From Octopus sinensis (lineage: Eukaryota): a stretch of DNA of 64,000 nucleotides. The position numbers and the translations under genes were made by a program. A model generated the notes under the pieces. The model had not been told where the DNA came from. It did no database searches and was given only the letters and a program-made list of their open reading frames with translations. The stretch's first letter is position 1; the number at the start of each line of letters is the position of its first letter. The stretch lies in assembly GCF_006345805.1 (NCBI RefSeq), contig NC_043006.1, forward strand, positions 57,660,001 to 57,724,000, given 5' to 3'. This document shows, piece by piece, positions 37,571-50,605 of the stretch.

Positions 37571-39109
37571 TAACAATCTGTTAATGCCTCGCTGTCTGTT
37601 GATTAGCTAAAATTACCCAAATTTCCCAACTTTAATTAAAAAAAAACATTAGATTCTTTAATTTATGAGACAAAGTAATTGGTTTATCATATTCAGAGTT
37701 GCATCGATACACCAAAATTGAAAGCAATCTGAGCAAAATTAAAGGGGACTGATTTTGTGAATCAATTTAACTAGATCCCAGCACTCCTTCACAGATGCAC
37801 ATAAACACTCATATACATACAGACAGAGGGAGGTGAGGCAATAATGCCAATCCAGAAACCGGTCCACGTGAGTCCTAACACTTGAATGTATGCTAAGAGA
37901 TTGTCTTAGCCCATTTATCTTTGGATGGTTGATTTCTGTAGTTATTATCGGTGTATTTTGGCAATTAAGATAAGAGTTTTGACTGTTATTTCCAGCAGGT
38001 AGACATACATATTATGTCCTTTGATTAATTGTAATCCTTCAGCAACAGACAGATATGTGTTTATGTTCTCCTCTGTGAAGGAGCTGGCTTCAACAAAGAT
38101 AAAAGGTTCTATTGTTACAATGTAGATATAAAAACAATGTCACACTTTAAATTTGAGGAAAATCTTGCATAATTTTACTGTTCCACTTACAGATTCTGTT
38201 TGTAATGTGCAAGTTCTTTTTCTGGAAACCCAAGCTTATCCAGATTGCCACTTAAGCATGCATGGCAAGCATCCATGCTTGTATACATCTTTGTATGTGT
38301 GTGTGTGTGTGTAATTATTCAGTTTTATTTCAAAATTTCTTGCCAATAGAGAAACAGCTGGTTTCTCACCTAGATCCAAGGCTCCTTCGTGGGAATTTCA
38401 ACAACACCAACAGGGTATTTTTGTATGTATACATGCAAATTTGTATGTTTTCTTTTATGTACGTAGTTTTATGCATATAATTGCATATCTAGACATGCTC
38501 ATATATACTTAAATAGATATACTTATACATTTATATACTTGTATATTTATATACTTGTAGTTGATGACGATGTCCAACCCATGCCAGCATGGACAACGGA
38601 CATTAAATGATGATGGTACTTAAATTTAAATATATACTTATGTATGTCTGTATACTATAAGCTTCCACACATTTTCTACCTACCAAAATCACTCACAAAG
38701 CAGTGGTCAGCCTAGGGCTGTAGTAAAGATACTTGCTCAAGATGATACACACAAGGACTAAATATTAAACCATGTGGTTGCAAAACAAATTACTTAACCA
38801 CACATCCATGTCTAGTCTGTCTTGGAAATGCTTGAGAAATTGCCACAAAATGAACATCACAGCTGGGCCTTTATTAGCGTATCTTAAGGCCTGGGAACCC
38901 TGGGCTGTTGTCCAGGGGTCACACAGATCTAGAGATCTCAATGCTAATCTATGTATGCTCAGGTTGTGTATGAAGTGGTCCCAGTGCATTGCTTTCCCTA
39001 TAAAGTTGTTAAAATGGTTTTAACTCTTCATGTAGGTCAGTGGTTTACAAATGGGATTCATATAGCCCTTGGGGTCCATATAAAATTTTATTGTTAAAAT
39101 TTATCTGTG

Positions 39110-39490
39110 TAGGAGTGGCTGTGTGGTAAGTAGCTTGCTTATCAACCATATGGTTCCGGGTTCAGTCCCACTGTGTAGCACCTTCAGCAAGTGTCTTCTA
39201 CTATAGCCTAGGCCCGACCAAAGCTTTGTGAGTGGATTTGGTAGACGGAAACTGAAAGAAGCCCGTCGTATATATGTATATATATATATATGTGTGTGTG
39301 TGTATATGTTTGTGTGTCTGTGTTTGTCCCCCCAACATCGCTTGACAACCAATGCTGGTGTGTTTACGTCCCCGTAACTTAGCAATTCGGCAAAAGAGAC
39401 CGATAGAATAAGGCCTGGGGTCGATTTGCTCAACTAAAGGCAGTGCTGCATCATGGCCACAGTCAAATGACTGAATCAAGTAAAAGAGTA
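39110..39490 (+). mobile_element. SINE family A, full length
   Basis: aggagtggctgtgtggtaagtagcttgc...aatgactgaatcaagtaaaagag. Confidence 0.85.
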
Positions 39491-39863
39491 AGAGTATCAA
39501 AGTGCTAGTAGTAGTTATAGTTGTGGTGGTGGTGGTGGTGGTGGTAGTGGTAGTAGTAGCAGTAGTAGTATTAGCAGCAGCAGCAACAGCTTCACCTGTA
39601 GCTGCAACTACAGCAACAGTGGTGACAGTTGTAGTAGTAGTAGTAGTAGTGGTGGAGGTGGTGGTGGTGGTAGTAGTAGTAGTAGTAGCTGCAGCAATTC
39701 ACAGCCTTTTTCTCTTCACAACCATTGTACTGCACTCAGATCTACCTTTCTAGCCCCACTTTTTTTTTTTTAAATATTTTGTTTTAATGAAGAATTTTTA
39801 GATGAAGATTAATAAACTGACCAAATTTTTTTATTTATCTTTTTTTTTTAAATTTTTCCCCAG

Positions 39864-39892
39864 GGCCTACATTCATCAAAAGTACTAAAACA
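39864..39892 (+). CDS. Candidate 29-nt micro-exon (GLHSSKVLK + CA)
   Basis: Strong acceptor tttttccccag and donor ACA|GTGAGT; phase-compatible with 34576-34599. Confidence 0.4.
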
Positions 39893-39964
39893 GTGAGTAT
39901 CCTCTTCTTTTTTTTTTTTATTTAGCTTTGTTTCTGAAACATTGCATCCTTCTTATATCTTTTG

Positions 39965-40140
39965 TGTGATCATGCTGGGGTACCATCTTGAGGGGTTTTA
40001 TTCGAACGAATTAACCCCACTACTTATTTCTTTTCAAACCTAGTACTTATTCTATCAGTTTCTTTTGCTGAACTGCTAACTTACAGGGATGTAAACAAAG
40101 TAACAGCAGTTGTTAAGTGGTTGTGGGGGACAGACACAAA
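39965..40140 (-). mobile_element. SINE family A tail half, decayed
   Basis: similarity to family A. Confidence 0.65.
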
Positions 40141-41324
40141 AACATAGATTATATACATATATATATACACACACGCACATACATATATATATATTTATAT
40201 GTATATAAAACTTACTTGGAAAAGGATGCGTGGCATTTGATTATATGATAATGATATATCTTTCTGCCCATTACCTTCGTAAAGACAAAATGTGTTTATA
40301 CTGTCTCTTCTCATACTAGCATTCATAATAATTTTTCTATCATCTTGGCTTACCAGTCCTCACCGTTTGTTTTTACTGTTTTGTTCTCACTGTCCTGTTC
40401 TTGTTACCACTTTCACCCTCCGCAAAAAATCCCCAATTTTATTTAATTTGTTTTGCGGGAAGGACTGTTTCAATGAAGTCGCGTCTTGTCCTTGCCTTCG
40501 AAATGCAGAGTAGATGAAACAGGGACGACAGAAGAAGGGGAATATTCTTTATGTTGTATGTCTCGTTTCTCTGTTTGTTTTTTTTTGCTGTTCGAAAAAA
40601 AGTTAGTTTTCTATGTTTTTGTTTTTATGTTTTCGTTTCTCATTGTGTTCGTTTTTTCTATGTCCTGTACCCATATATGCATGTATATATACATATATAT
40701 GTAGGTATGTACATATATGTATGTATATATGCATATATTTATATATTATTTATATTACACACACACACATACACATATATATACAGGGTTCGTATCCCGG
40801 ACAAGCCCAATTTTTTATGGGTGTTGGAGTGGCTGTGTGGTAAGTTGCTTGCTTGCGAACCACAGTGATGTCGCAACTCATTTCTACAGCTGAGTGAACT
40901 GGAGCAACGTGAAATAAAGGCTCTTGCTCAAGGGCACAATGCATGGCTCAGTCCGGAAATCGAACTCACTATCTCAGGATTGTGATTCTGATGCTCTAAA
41001 AACTAGGCCATGCGCCTTCATGCAAGGTCAGCAAAACACATGAAATTAAACTACAAGGTTTTCCCTGTCCCACTTTTATTAAGAAATGAACAAAGCACAA
41101 TAATGTACATTAGGCTTTATTCTTAAGATTATTTTTATTTTACTTTATATCAATATATTTTATATTCATGGAAGCAGGGTTAAGAAGCTTGATTCTCAGT
41201 TATGTGGTCACTGGATCAGCCTTACAGCATGGCACCTTGTGCCTTCTACTGTAGCCCCAAGCAGACCAAGTCTTTGTGAGTCGATTTGATTGACAACAAC
41301 TGAAAGAAGCCTGTAATATATTCT

Positions 41325-41702
41325 TTTACTCTTACTTGTTTCAGTCATTTGACTGTGGCCATGCTGGAGCACTGCCTTTAGTCGAGCAAATCAACCCCAG
41401 GACTTATTCTTTGTAAGCCTAGTACTTATTCTATTGGTCTCTTTTGCCGAACCGCTAAGTTACGGGGATGTAAACACAAGCGATGTTGGGGGACAAATAC
41501 AGATACACACACACACACATATATGAATATATATACATATATACGACGGGCTTCTTTCAGTTTCCATCTACTAAATCCACTTACAAGGCTTTGGTCAGCC
41601 CGAGGTTATAGTAGAATACACTTGCCCAAGGTGCCACGCAGTGGGACTGAACCCAGAACCATGTGGTTCACAAGCAAGCTACTTACCACACAGCCACTCC
41701 TA
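41325..41702 (-). mobile_element. SINE family A, full length
   Basis: near-consensus. Confidence 0.85.
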
Positions 41703-41869
41703 CGTCTATATGTATATATTTATGTGTATGTATATGAGTGTGTATGAATGGTAGTGTGTATATGTGCATGTGTGTATAAAGTACCTTGTGATAGATGTAA
41801 ATGAGAGTGTCACCATCATACAAGCAATGATTTGTTTCTAATCTAATCTCCCAAGAGTGAAGTTTTATG

Positions 41870-42175
41870 GCCTAGTGGTTAGGCAATTCAGATCACAATT
41901 GTAAGATTTTGAGTTCAATTCCTGGCAATACATTGAGTCCTTGAGCAAGACACTTTATTTTATGTTGCTCCAGTCCACTCAGCTTGCAAGAGAAGTACTT
42001 GTATTTCAAAGAGTGAGTCTTTTCATACTCTGAGTCATACTGAATCTCTTTCGGAACTACATTGAGGTTATGCATGTCTGTGGAGTTCTCAGCCACTTGC
42101 ATGTCAATTTCACAAGCTGGTTATTTTGTTGATCAGATCAACTGGAACCCTCGTCATCAGAACCAACGAAGTACC
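41870..42175 (+). mobile_element. SINE family C
   Basis: tggcctagtggttagg...gagttcaattcc...aactggaaccctcgtc. Confidence 0.75.
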
Positions 42176-42664
42176 AGTTTAAATCTTCCAAGAAAACCTG
42201 TTTAGCCATGGGGAAATATCAGCTTGCTTGGAAATAACAACAAATGTGAACACACACACACACACACACACATGTTAGCTGCAAGAATGACTGTGTGGAT
42301 GAGAAGTTTGCTTCCCAAATACATGGTTCCACATTCAGTCCCTCTGCAAGTGTTTTCTACTATAGCCCTAGGCCAACCATAAGCTTGTGGCTGAATTTGG
42401 TAGGTGGGAAACTGCAGCGTTGTTCATCAAAAATGACTGTAAAACATGTTTATAAAGAAGAGTTGTTTGCTTCATACTCCTCGTGTGCCGAGGAGGTATG
42501 ACAGAAGTAAATAGACAACCTTATACATTCAAATTATTTATTGATTATTATAATGTGAATATCTAATATCTAGGAGTCATACCCTTTGCATTTTTCAATG
42601 CAAGGGTCCTATAAGGCATGCTACTGATCAGACAATAACAAAGTGAAGGGTCCTGTCAGAGAGT

Positions 42665-42922
42665 CTTAAGTTACAGGGATGTAAACACACCAGCATCGGT
42701 TGTCAAGTGATGTTGGGGAGACAAACACAGACACACAAACACACACATATATATATATATATACGACGGGCTTCTTTCAGTTTCCATCTACCAAATCCAC
42801 TCACAAGGCTTTGGTTGGCCTGAGGCTATAGTAGAAGACACTTGCCTAAGGTGCCAAGCAGTGGGACTGAACCTAGAACCATGTGGTTGGTAAGCAAGCT
42901 ACTTACCACACAGCCACTCCTG
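42665..42922 (-). mobile_element. SINE family A, 5' two-thirds
   Basis: near-consensus. Confidence 0.85.
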
Positions 42923-43547
42923 CGTGTGTTTATGTCTATTTACAAATAGATAGATAGGCAGACAGACAGACAGGCAGGAAGAGAGAAAGAAAGCGAGAGG
43001 GAATGTGAGAGAGATGAAGGCCGATGGAGGTATGAGGAGATCTGAGGTGATATTACAAAGATGTTATTTCACCTTGAATAAAGTTCTTCTCTCCTTACCA
43101 ACATAAAACAACAATTTTCAGTCAAAATTCTTGACATGTCTGTAAATATATACATTTACTAACCAAGTAGCAAGAAATTTATCTCTAAGGCCATAGGTCA
43201 GATGGTGTTCAGTTTCTTGACACAGTTCATTACATTAGTCTCTGTTTCTGGGTGGTGGCGCTGGTGATACTAGTCGTCTTAGTCATCAAGTTGTTGTTGA
43301 TGGTGGTGGTAAAGGTGATGGTGTTGATAGTAAAGGTGATGGCCTGTTGTTACACAAGTGAGGGTGCTGGTAGCTATAGTGAGGTAGGTGTTACAGTTTT
43401 TTAATCCCTACTTGGCTTATGTCAAGCTGAATTAAATAAACTTAGGATTGTAAGCCCCCACCTCGTCTGCTTGTTAAGATGGAAGATTGTGCTTCAAAGT
43501 TGATTTGGGTGCTATTTCTAACAGCCCAATTAACTATATAAAAGCTC

Positions 43548-43590
<43 letters not shown>

Positions 43591-44263
43591 GTTGATGACT
43601 TTTAGACAAATGTTGGTAGTCACAGTAGTGGTCATGGTAGTATTGGTCATAGAACAAGGCTGGTGAGAATTGTGGAAATTGTAATCATATTGAAGGCCGT
43701 AGAGATAATGGTTGAAGTCTTAAGGTGGATGGTGGGGTGATATAATGTGGATGGTGGCGGTGGTGGTGGTGGAAATGATGATGTTTGTTGGGGTGTGTTT
43801 TCTTGCTGTGCCCTCATTGTAGAGTAAATTGTGTGTTTTTGACAAACAACTTATTATTAACTAACAGACACAAATGTAAATTGATGCTTGTACATATATA
43901 TATATATACCCCTAATTTATGTATGCACATGCATGTATATACATGTATGTGTTTATGTAAATGCTTTCTACAATTGTGCACATGCATGTATTAAGATTGT
44001 TTAATCAAAACACAACTTTAATAATGTGGACTTGATTTAATATATGTAAATGTATTAAGTCTACTTCAAATCTAATGGTTCATTAGGTCATAGCTTATCC
44101 AGGTTTCTGCATTTAGAAGATTGAGGGTTAAAGACTATACCTTAAGATAATGCCAGTCCATTACAGATACAACTCCCTGTCCAAGCTATCTCTGGTATTC
44201 ATTTTCAGTTTCATTTATCGAAGGAAATTTGCTTTGCTTTTAGATATGATTCATGAACATCAC

Positions 44264-44369
44264 TCAGCATGTGACATTCAGTAACATCCTTTCAATATCT
44301 GTTATATGGCAGCAATCAGCGATGACAACTTCTCTAACTGCTGCTGCCACAGTATCATCAGTCTGCAAT
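44264..44369 (-). CDS. Candidate terminal coding exon (R)LQTDDTVAAAVREVVIADCCHITDIERMLLNVTC*
   Basis: Acceptor ctaacatttacactaaccag with two CTAAC branch-like motifs; phase matches exon 45450-45483. Confidence 0.4.
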
Positions 44370-45449
44370 CTGGTTAGTGTAAATGTTAGGTAAGGTTTCA
44401 GCCAATCATATTAATGAACATTAGACTTAGAGATAAGACAGGCACAGAGACAACAAAGATGGCAAGATAATGTAAAGAGAACAACAAATAGTCAAAGTAA
44501 AGGCTACTTTCTTCTATGATAGTTCACCATTTCTCATGGCATCAGCAGACTAAATGGCAAAGCATTGCCCTGGAGGATAACAAGGGAGATGCATTAGAAC
44601 AGCCACTCTGATTCACAGGGCTCGCACTTGCGGACAGTCATCTCCGCCCTGATAGCAGTGAGCAGTTATATGGTGTAGGGATGTGGATGGCAAGTACACC
44701 AGCAGTCTCAGCTGCCACAGGCTTGACCATAAACCGGTCAGACAGTGACCAATACATTGACAGTTTGTTTTTCTCTGACAAGCAATAAAACCTGGGCTGG
44801 AAACTGCCAACACCAAATTGCCACTGGAGAAGGTATCACAGCATGTGGCATCCCAGATGAAGGGCCTACTGCTGCAGAATGGGAATGTTGGGAAGGATAT
44901 CCAGCAGCAGAAACCACGGCAAAGCTGACAGTAGAGTTTGGTGCAGTTGTCTGATTTTCCAGTTCTTGTCAAACCATCCAGTCCATGCCAGTAATAAGGA
45001 AGGACAACATTGAGATGATGATGACTCCTTTCTGAGAAACTTTCTTTGTCACAGGTTGGTATATCTTTGGATATTTCATTTTATCAGCCGCTTTACTGTG
45101 TTCTTTTAACTCCCACACATACACCAAGTGGAGGCACTGTCACTGATTTTATTCAATCCATTTTTACCCACACTGTTGAATTCTTGGCTATTGATGATCT
45201 TGAGTCAGTTGTTGCATCTGACCAAAGGGACAGCAAAATTATGGTACTGTCAAAAATTACCAAAATGTTTTCCTTTGTCTCTAAATAGAGATATAATCAG
45301 GCATATGTGATGATTTCCTCTTTGATGCAACACGCTCAATTCTAAAAGAAGAGGAACAAACACAATGCCATATCCAAAACTAGAGCATTAGCATCAATGT
45401 ATGAGAAATATGAATAACTGGAATTATTGGTTATGATATCAGACCTTAC

Positions 45450-45483
45450 CTTTGTAAGAAAACCTGCTCATTAAAGATCATAT
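45450..45483 (-). CDS. Candidate 34-nt exon (D)MIFNEQVFLQ(R)
   Basis: acceptor tttgtag, donor AAG|GTAAGG; phase 1 to 2. Confidence 0.35.
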
Positions 45484-45518
45484 CTACAAACTAAGTTTTA
45501 TCACTTGTCTCTTTCTAG

Positions 45519-45623
45519 ATGTGCATGTGACCTGTGTTTCGCTTTGTATGTTGTTGATATTAAGTCAATCATGACAATATCATTCTCTTCTGACAAGATA
45601 ATTACCCAGCAGAAACACCGATG
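45519..45623 (+). CDS. Candidate 105-nt exon (Q)CACDLCFALYVVDIKSIMTISFSSDKIITQQKHR
   Basis: acceptor cttgtctctttctag, donor ATG|GTATGC; only the phase-2 frame is open, matching 39864-39892. Confidence 0.22.
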
Positions 45624-45959
45624 GTATGCAAATGTGAAATGTATAAATCCATAATTGCATGTTATATATTTAGGATTTGAGGGAGAAAGAAATAAACGAA
45701 ACCAAATTTTATATGGTTATTAAACAGTGTCGTTTCATTATTGCACTAAATAAAGATGTGCAGGCTTGAAACACATTGAGAAGCAAAGCAAATATCTTTA
45801 TTAAATGAAGGAAGTGAACCGGCCAAGTCATTAGGGATATTTTTTCCAGCGTTCTATGCCCTGAATTTAAATCCTGCTTAAGTCAACTTTGCAACTTTAG
45901 CTTTCAATTGAATAAGTGGAATTGTTAGAACAGTGGATGAGATGATTTGTGATGTCTAT

Positions 45960-46365
45960 TTCTTTTACTTGTCTCGGTCATTTGATTGCAGCCAAGCTGG
46001 AGCACCATCTTGAAAGGTTTTAGTTGAACAAATCACCCCCAGGGCTTATTTTTAATGCTTAGTACTTATTCTATTGGCTTCTTTTGCTGAACTGCTAAGT
46101 TACCGAGATGTAAACACACCAACAATGGTTGTCAAACAGTGATGGGAGGGGGGACAAACACAGATACAAACACACACACATACATATATATATACACATG
46201 TATATACAATGGGCTTCTTTCAGTTTCTGTCTATCAAATCCACTCACAAGGCTTTGGTTGGCCTGAGGCTATAGTAGAAGATACTTGCCCAAGGTGCCAC
46301 ACTGTGGACCTGAACACAGAACCATGTGGTTGGGAAGCAAGTTTCTTATCACACAGCCTCATCTG
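45960..46365 (-). mobile_element. SINE family A, CpG-decayed
   Basis: similarity to family A. Confidence 0.8.
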
Positions 46366-47034
46366 CACCTATTTGATTACTTTTGTTTTTTAATCTTTTA
46401 TCAGGATGGAAGCTGGCACCAATGACTCTTTAAAGTCTTCCCTGACTGATGAGAGAGAAGGAAGAAGTTATTGCCAAACTGTTGATTTAATAAAAATATC
46501 TCCAACAGAGCAGACTTATCTAAAGCTACCTAACGTGGTGATGATTAACCAAATAATAGATTAGGTCTACCATCCAGTGGTCATGGAAGGATTTGAACTC
46601 ACAACACAGAGAGTTGGAAGAAATACGGTAAAGTATCCGGTCAGATATTCTTATAGTCCTACTAATTCATCATACTACATCAGTACTTTTTTTTATCAAC
46701 CCTGAATGGATAAGAAGCCTTGTGGAAGCATGTGGCTAGGTGGTTAAGGTGTTGGACTCATGATTGTAGTTTCGATTCTTGGACCAGGTGATGCATTGCA
46801 TTCTTCAGCAAAACACTTCATTTCATATTGCTCCAGTACACTCAGCTGGCAAAAATAAGTAATCCTGTGATGGAACAGTGTCCCTGAAAACTGGCCCTTA
46901 TGAGTTTGCCTGACTCTGAGAAGCTTACTTTTTTTATGGTTGGTCTTGACAGGGATTCAAAACATATGCAACTCATGAGGCATTGTGTCTGCTGTTTTAA
47001 CAACTAAGCTATTTTGCTACCCAGTTTCTATAAT

Positions 47035-47359
47035 ACAGTTCTATATTTAAGAGATGAGGAATTATGTACATTATTTACATTTGACGGATATTTGTCCTTA
47101 TCATATGCCCACGGGCATAAGGCGTAGTGGTTAAGAGCGCGGGCTACTAACCCCAAGATTCCAAGTTCGATTCCAAGCAGTGACCTGAACAACAATAATA
47201 ATAACAACATCGAAAAATACCTTAGGAATGAGAACCCAGGTTTGAAATTTTCCCAAGACACCTGATGAAGGCTGGAGGATAAATCAGCCGAAACGTGTTA
47301 ACAACAGACAAGATGAGGACAAATATCAGTCAAATGTAAATAATATAAATAATGTACAA
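47035..47359 (+). mobile_element. 325-bp element: inverted 3' end, tRNA-like head, hammerhead motif, 3' end; 10-bp TSD
   Basis: TSD TTTCTATAAT at 47025-47034 and 47360-47369; IR 47065-47102 / 47312-47358; A box GGCGTAGTGG ~47121, B box GTTCGATTC 47165-47173. Confidence 0.8.
47257..47299 (+). ncRNA. Type I hammerhead motif (C3-G8), cleavage triplet apparently deleted
   Basis: GACAC|CUGAUGA|A|GGCUG-loop-CAGCC|GAAAC|GUGUU; the stem I partner GUGUU follows GAAAC directly with no separate GUH. Confidence 0.65.
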
Positions 47360-47427
47360 TTTCTATAATCTTCTCCAAAAAAGTGCTTCTTTGCATTTGT
47401 GCAAAGAAGTTAAAAACTTTTTTTTAC

Positions 47428-47452
47428 CTGGCTCATAATGATGGCTTTTGAT
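47428..47452 (-). CDS. Candidate 25-nt micro-exon IKSHHYEP
   Basis: acceptor ttaacttaaacctag, donor CAG|GTAAAA; phase 0 to 1. Confidence 0.2.
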
Positions 47453-47469
47453 CTAGGTTTAAGTTAAGG

Positions 47470-48270
47470 TAGCATGTTTGCAGAATCGTTAGCACGCTGA
47501 ACAAAATGCTTAGTGGGATTTCACTTGTGTTTATGTTCTGAGTTCAAATTCCACCCAGGTCTTCTTTTGCTTGTCATCCTTTCAGAGTTGATGAAATATG
47601 TACCAGTTGAGCAGTGGGGTGGTGAGCTTGGAGAAACGTTAGCACGCCGGGCGAAATGCTTAGTGGTATTTCACCTGCCGCTACGTTCTGAGTTCAAAAC
47701 TCCGCCGAGGTTGACTTTGCCTTTCATCCTTTCGGAGTCGATTAAATAAGTACCAGTTACGCACTGGGGTCGATATAATCGGCTTAATCCATTTGTTCTC
47801 TCTGTGTTTAGCCCCTTGTGAGTAGTAAAGAAATATGTATTTCGCCTGCCACTACGTTCTGAGTACAAAATTCCGCCGAGGTCGACTTTGCCTTTCATCC
47901 TTTCGGAGTTGATTAAATAAGTACCAGTTACGCACTGGGGTCGATATAATCGGCTTAATCCATTTGTTCTCTCTGTGTTTAGCTCCTTGTGAGTAGTAAA
48001 GAAATATGTATTTCACCTGCAGCTACGTTCTGAGTACAAAATTCCGCCGAGGTCGACTTTGCCTTTCATCCTTTCGGGGTCGATTAAATAAGTACCAGTT
48101 ACGCACTGGGGTCAATCTAATTGACTTAGTCCCTTTGTCTACTCTTGTTTGTCCTCTCTATGTTTAGCCCCTTGTGAGCAATAAAGAAATAAGAAGTTGA
48201 GCAGTGGGGCTGATGTAATCAACTTACCCTTCCCCTCAGACTTGCTGGCCTTATGCCAAAATTTGAAACT
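47470..48270 (+). mobile_element. SINE family B cluster including three tandem 171-bp headless units
   Basis: ctacgttctgag recurs at 47681, 47852, 48023. Confidence 0.9.
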
Positions 48271-48530
48271 GATTTAGGTACAATTCCAGCAACATTTTAA
48301 CATTTTCTTATTATTATCAAAGAATGTATATGTGTATTTTAATACTTTTGTGACAACCAGTACTTAACACAACAAAGCTTATACAAAGCTTTGCATTTTA
48401 CTTTTGACAATCTTTTTCTAAAAAATTGAAACCAGTCAAGTGAATAAACATCTTTAAAATTGCATTTTCAAACCTTCTTTCATATATATTTCCGTTCGTG
48501 TGGCACCTTACAACTTCACTTTGTTATATA

Positions 48531-48564
<34 letters not shown>

Positions 48565-49694
48565 CTAACATGAAAACACAACATATATATGTATATATAT
48601 ATCCAAACATGAAAACACATATATATAAGTATATATATATATATATAATGTAAAAAATAACACAGATGGATTGTGTTATTATTTATTCTTCCCCTAACTC
48701 ATTACCTTCCATACATTTGGATCCACAGTTTATAGTTGATGGGGGAATACTTGCAGTGAGTGTACATGTATAACTTTGATGACACAGTGTGTATCCAGAC
48801 ACTTACTTATGAAGCTATGCATAACTGGAAGGACAAATCCATATTTACTTTAGTAAGTACATATATGCCAGTACTCATTGCTAGTACACAGGTGCGCTAT
48901 CCCTGACCCTACCTTGGTGCTTTTACTATTCAAATACCTAATTTCTTTTTTAATCCTATATTTATTCAGTGTAAGAGAAGTCGTGTCTTGGTTGTCCATG
49001 TAACAATATGTTATAAATATGCTTCTTCTTTTCTCAAAAATAATTCGACAATGACCATATGCTAAGAGTGGACACTCTGTTCTACATGTTGAAAAATACT
49101 GACCATGAGACAGTGTGTCCTCCCTTGGCAGGGGTCAAATTGCTGCTGCCCAAAGATAGCAATAACAACAATGACATCAACAACAACAAGAAAATGCAGT
49201 TGAAGAATTAAAGATAATAGAAACAAAAACAATGATAAATTCCTTAAACAAATGAGGAAATTTTCCTTAAAGAAGATAGTAATGTCGAGGGTAAAAGAGA
49301 TGAGGATGATGAAGAAGAAGGAAGAGGAGGAGGGTATACAATTTGAAGACAACAAAAAAGCTTATGTAAGTACACTGATTTGTAAAATCTATATTGGGAA
49401 GATGGATGAAAGTCAAACCTCCTGTGACATGGTACAAAAATAAGCCATGTACTCTTTTAGCTTGAATTGGTTTCTAGCAGGGTGGCCATGCTGGGGCATT
49501 GCCTTCAAGGGTTTAACTGATTAAGTCTATGTAAGTACTTATTTTTTTAAAGTTTGGTACTTATTTCATCTGTTTCTATTTTGCCAAACCACTGAATTAC
49601 ATGGATGTAAACAAACCCAGACTGAATGTCAAATGGTATTGGGGGATGCAAATGAAAATACAAAGATGCATGCATGCACATGTGCACACACACA

Positions 49695-49910
49695 CGAGGG
49701 GTTGCTGAAAAGTTCCAGTCTTTTGATAAAAGAAAACACAGGAGCATCAGATAATTATGATCTTATTCAAGATATTCCCCTCTCAGGTTCACACAATTAT
49801 TGCAGTGGTCCTTCAGTTGTCCTAAGCTCTGTAAAAGAACTCAGAAGGTTGGGCCTCCAACCAGATCTTTCATGATACCATTAAATCCAGGAACTTTTCA
49901 GCCCCCCTTG
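49695..49910. mobile_element. Mariner-type MITE
   Basis: CGAGGGGTTGCTGAAAAGTTCC ... GGAACTTTTCAGCCCCCCTTG|TA. Confidence 0.8.
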
Positions 49911-49985
49911 TACATGTACATGAAGATCACAGTGCATGAAACTTAAGTTGAGATAGAAATTCAGTTTCAATAAACTGTATGTATA

Positions 49986-50047
<62 letters not shown>

Positions 50048-50049
50048 GA

Positions 50050-50335
50050 GGCACAATGGCCCAGTGATTAGGGCAGCGGACTCGCGGTTTCGATTCCCAG
50101 ACTGGGCATTGTGAGTGTTTATTGAGCGAAAACCCCGAAAGCTCCACGAGGCTCTGGCAGGGGTCGGTGGTGAACCCTGCTGTACTCTTTCACCACAACT
50201 TTCTTCCTGTTTCTGTTGTATCTGTATTTCAAAGGGCCAGCCTTGTCACACTTTGTGTCACGCTGAATCTCTCCGAGAACTACGTTAAGGGTAAACATGT
50301 CTCTGGAGTGCTCAGCCACTTGCACATTAATAAAT
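50050..50335 (+). mobile_element. SINE family C
   Basis: ggcacaatggcccagtgattaggg...gtttcgattccc...gtgctcagccacttgcac. Confidence 0.8.
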
Positions 50336-50564
50336 GAGCTGCGACGTCACTGGTGCCTAGCTGCATCGGCCTTTGCCTTTCCCTTGGATAACATCGGTGG
50401 CGTGGAGAGGAGAGGTTAGTATGTATGGGTTAGTATGTATGTCCAGACTTCTGCCTCAGAGGGTAACTTTCTAGGTGCAATCCCATGGTCATTCATGACC
50501 AAAGGGGGTCACAAATATGTGTGTGTGTGTGTATATACATATATGTGTGTATACATACATGAGT

Positions 50565-50605
<41 letters not shown>

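Noticed and set aside
44600-45290. GC-richer stretch with ORFs 44613-44972, 44745-44954, 45046-45288
   Set aside because: No recognisable domain and no phase-consistent splice path; possibly an old TE or UTR
47110-47185. Possible tRNA gene (also heads of SINE A and C)
   Set aside because: No proper acceptor stem; embedded in repeats; treated as SINE heads
47681-48190. Regularly spaced repeats resembling an array
   Set aside because: Tandem SINE bodies with no unique spacers; not CRISPR, and the DNA is eukaryotic
48706-48851. Splice-like signals on both strands (FIVDGGILA; TLTYEAMHNWKDKSIFTL)
   Set aside because: Would need a ~43-nt intron, or has stops in all frames
49062-49443. Acidic/Asn-rich exon-like stretch ending at GTAAGT
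   Set aside because: Needs frameshifts, is low-complexity and has no good acceptor
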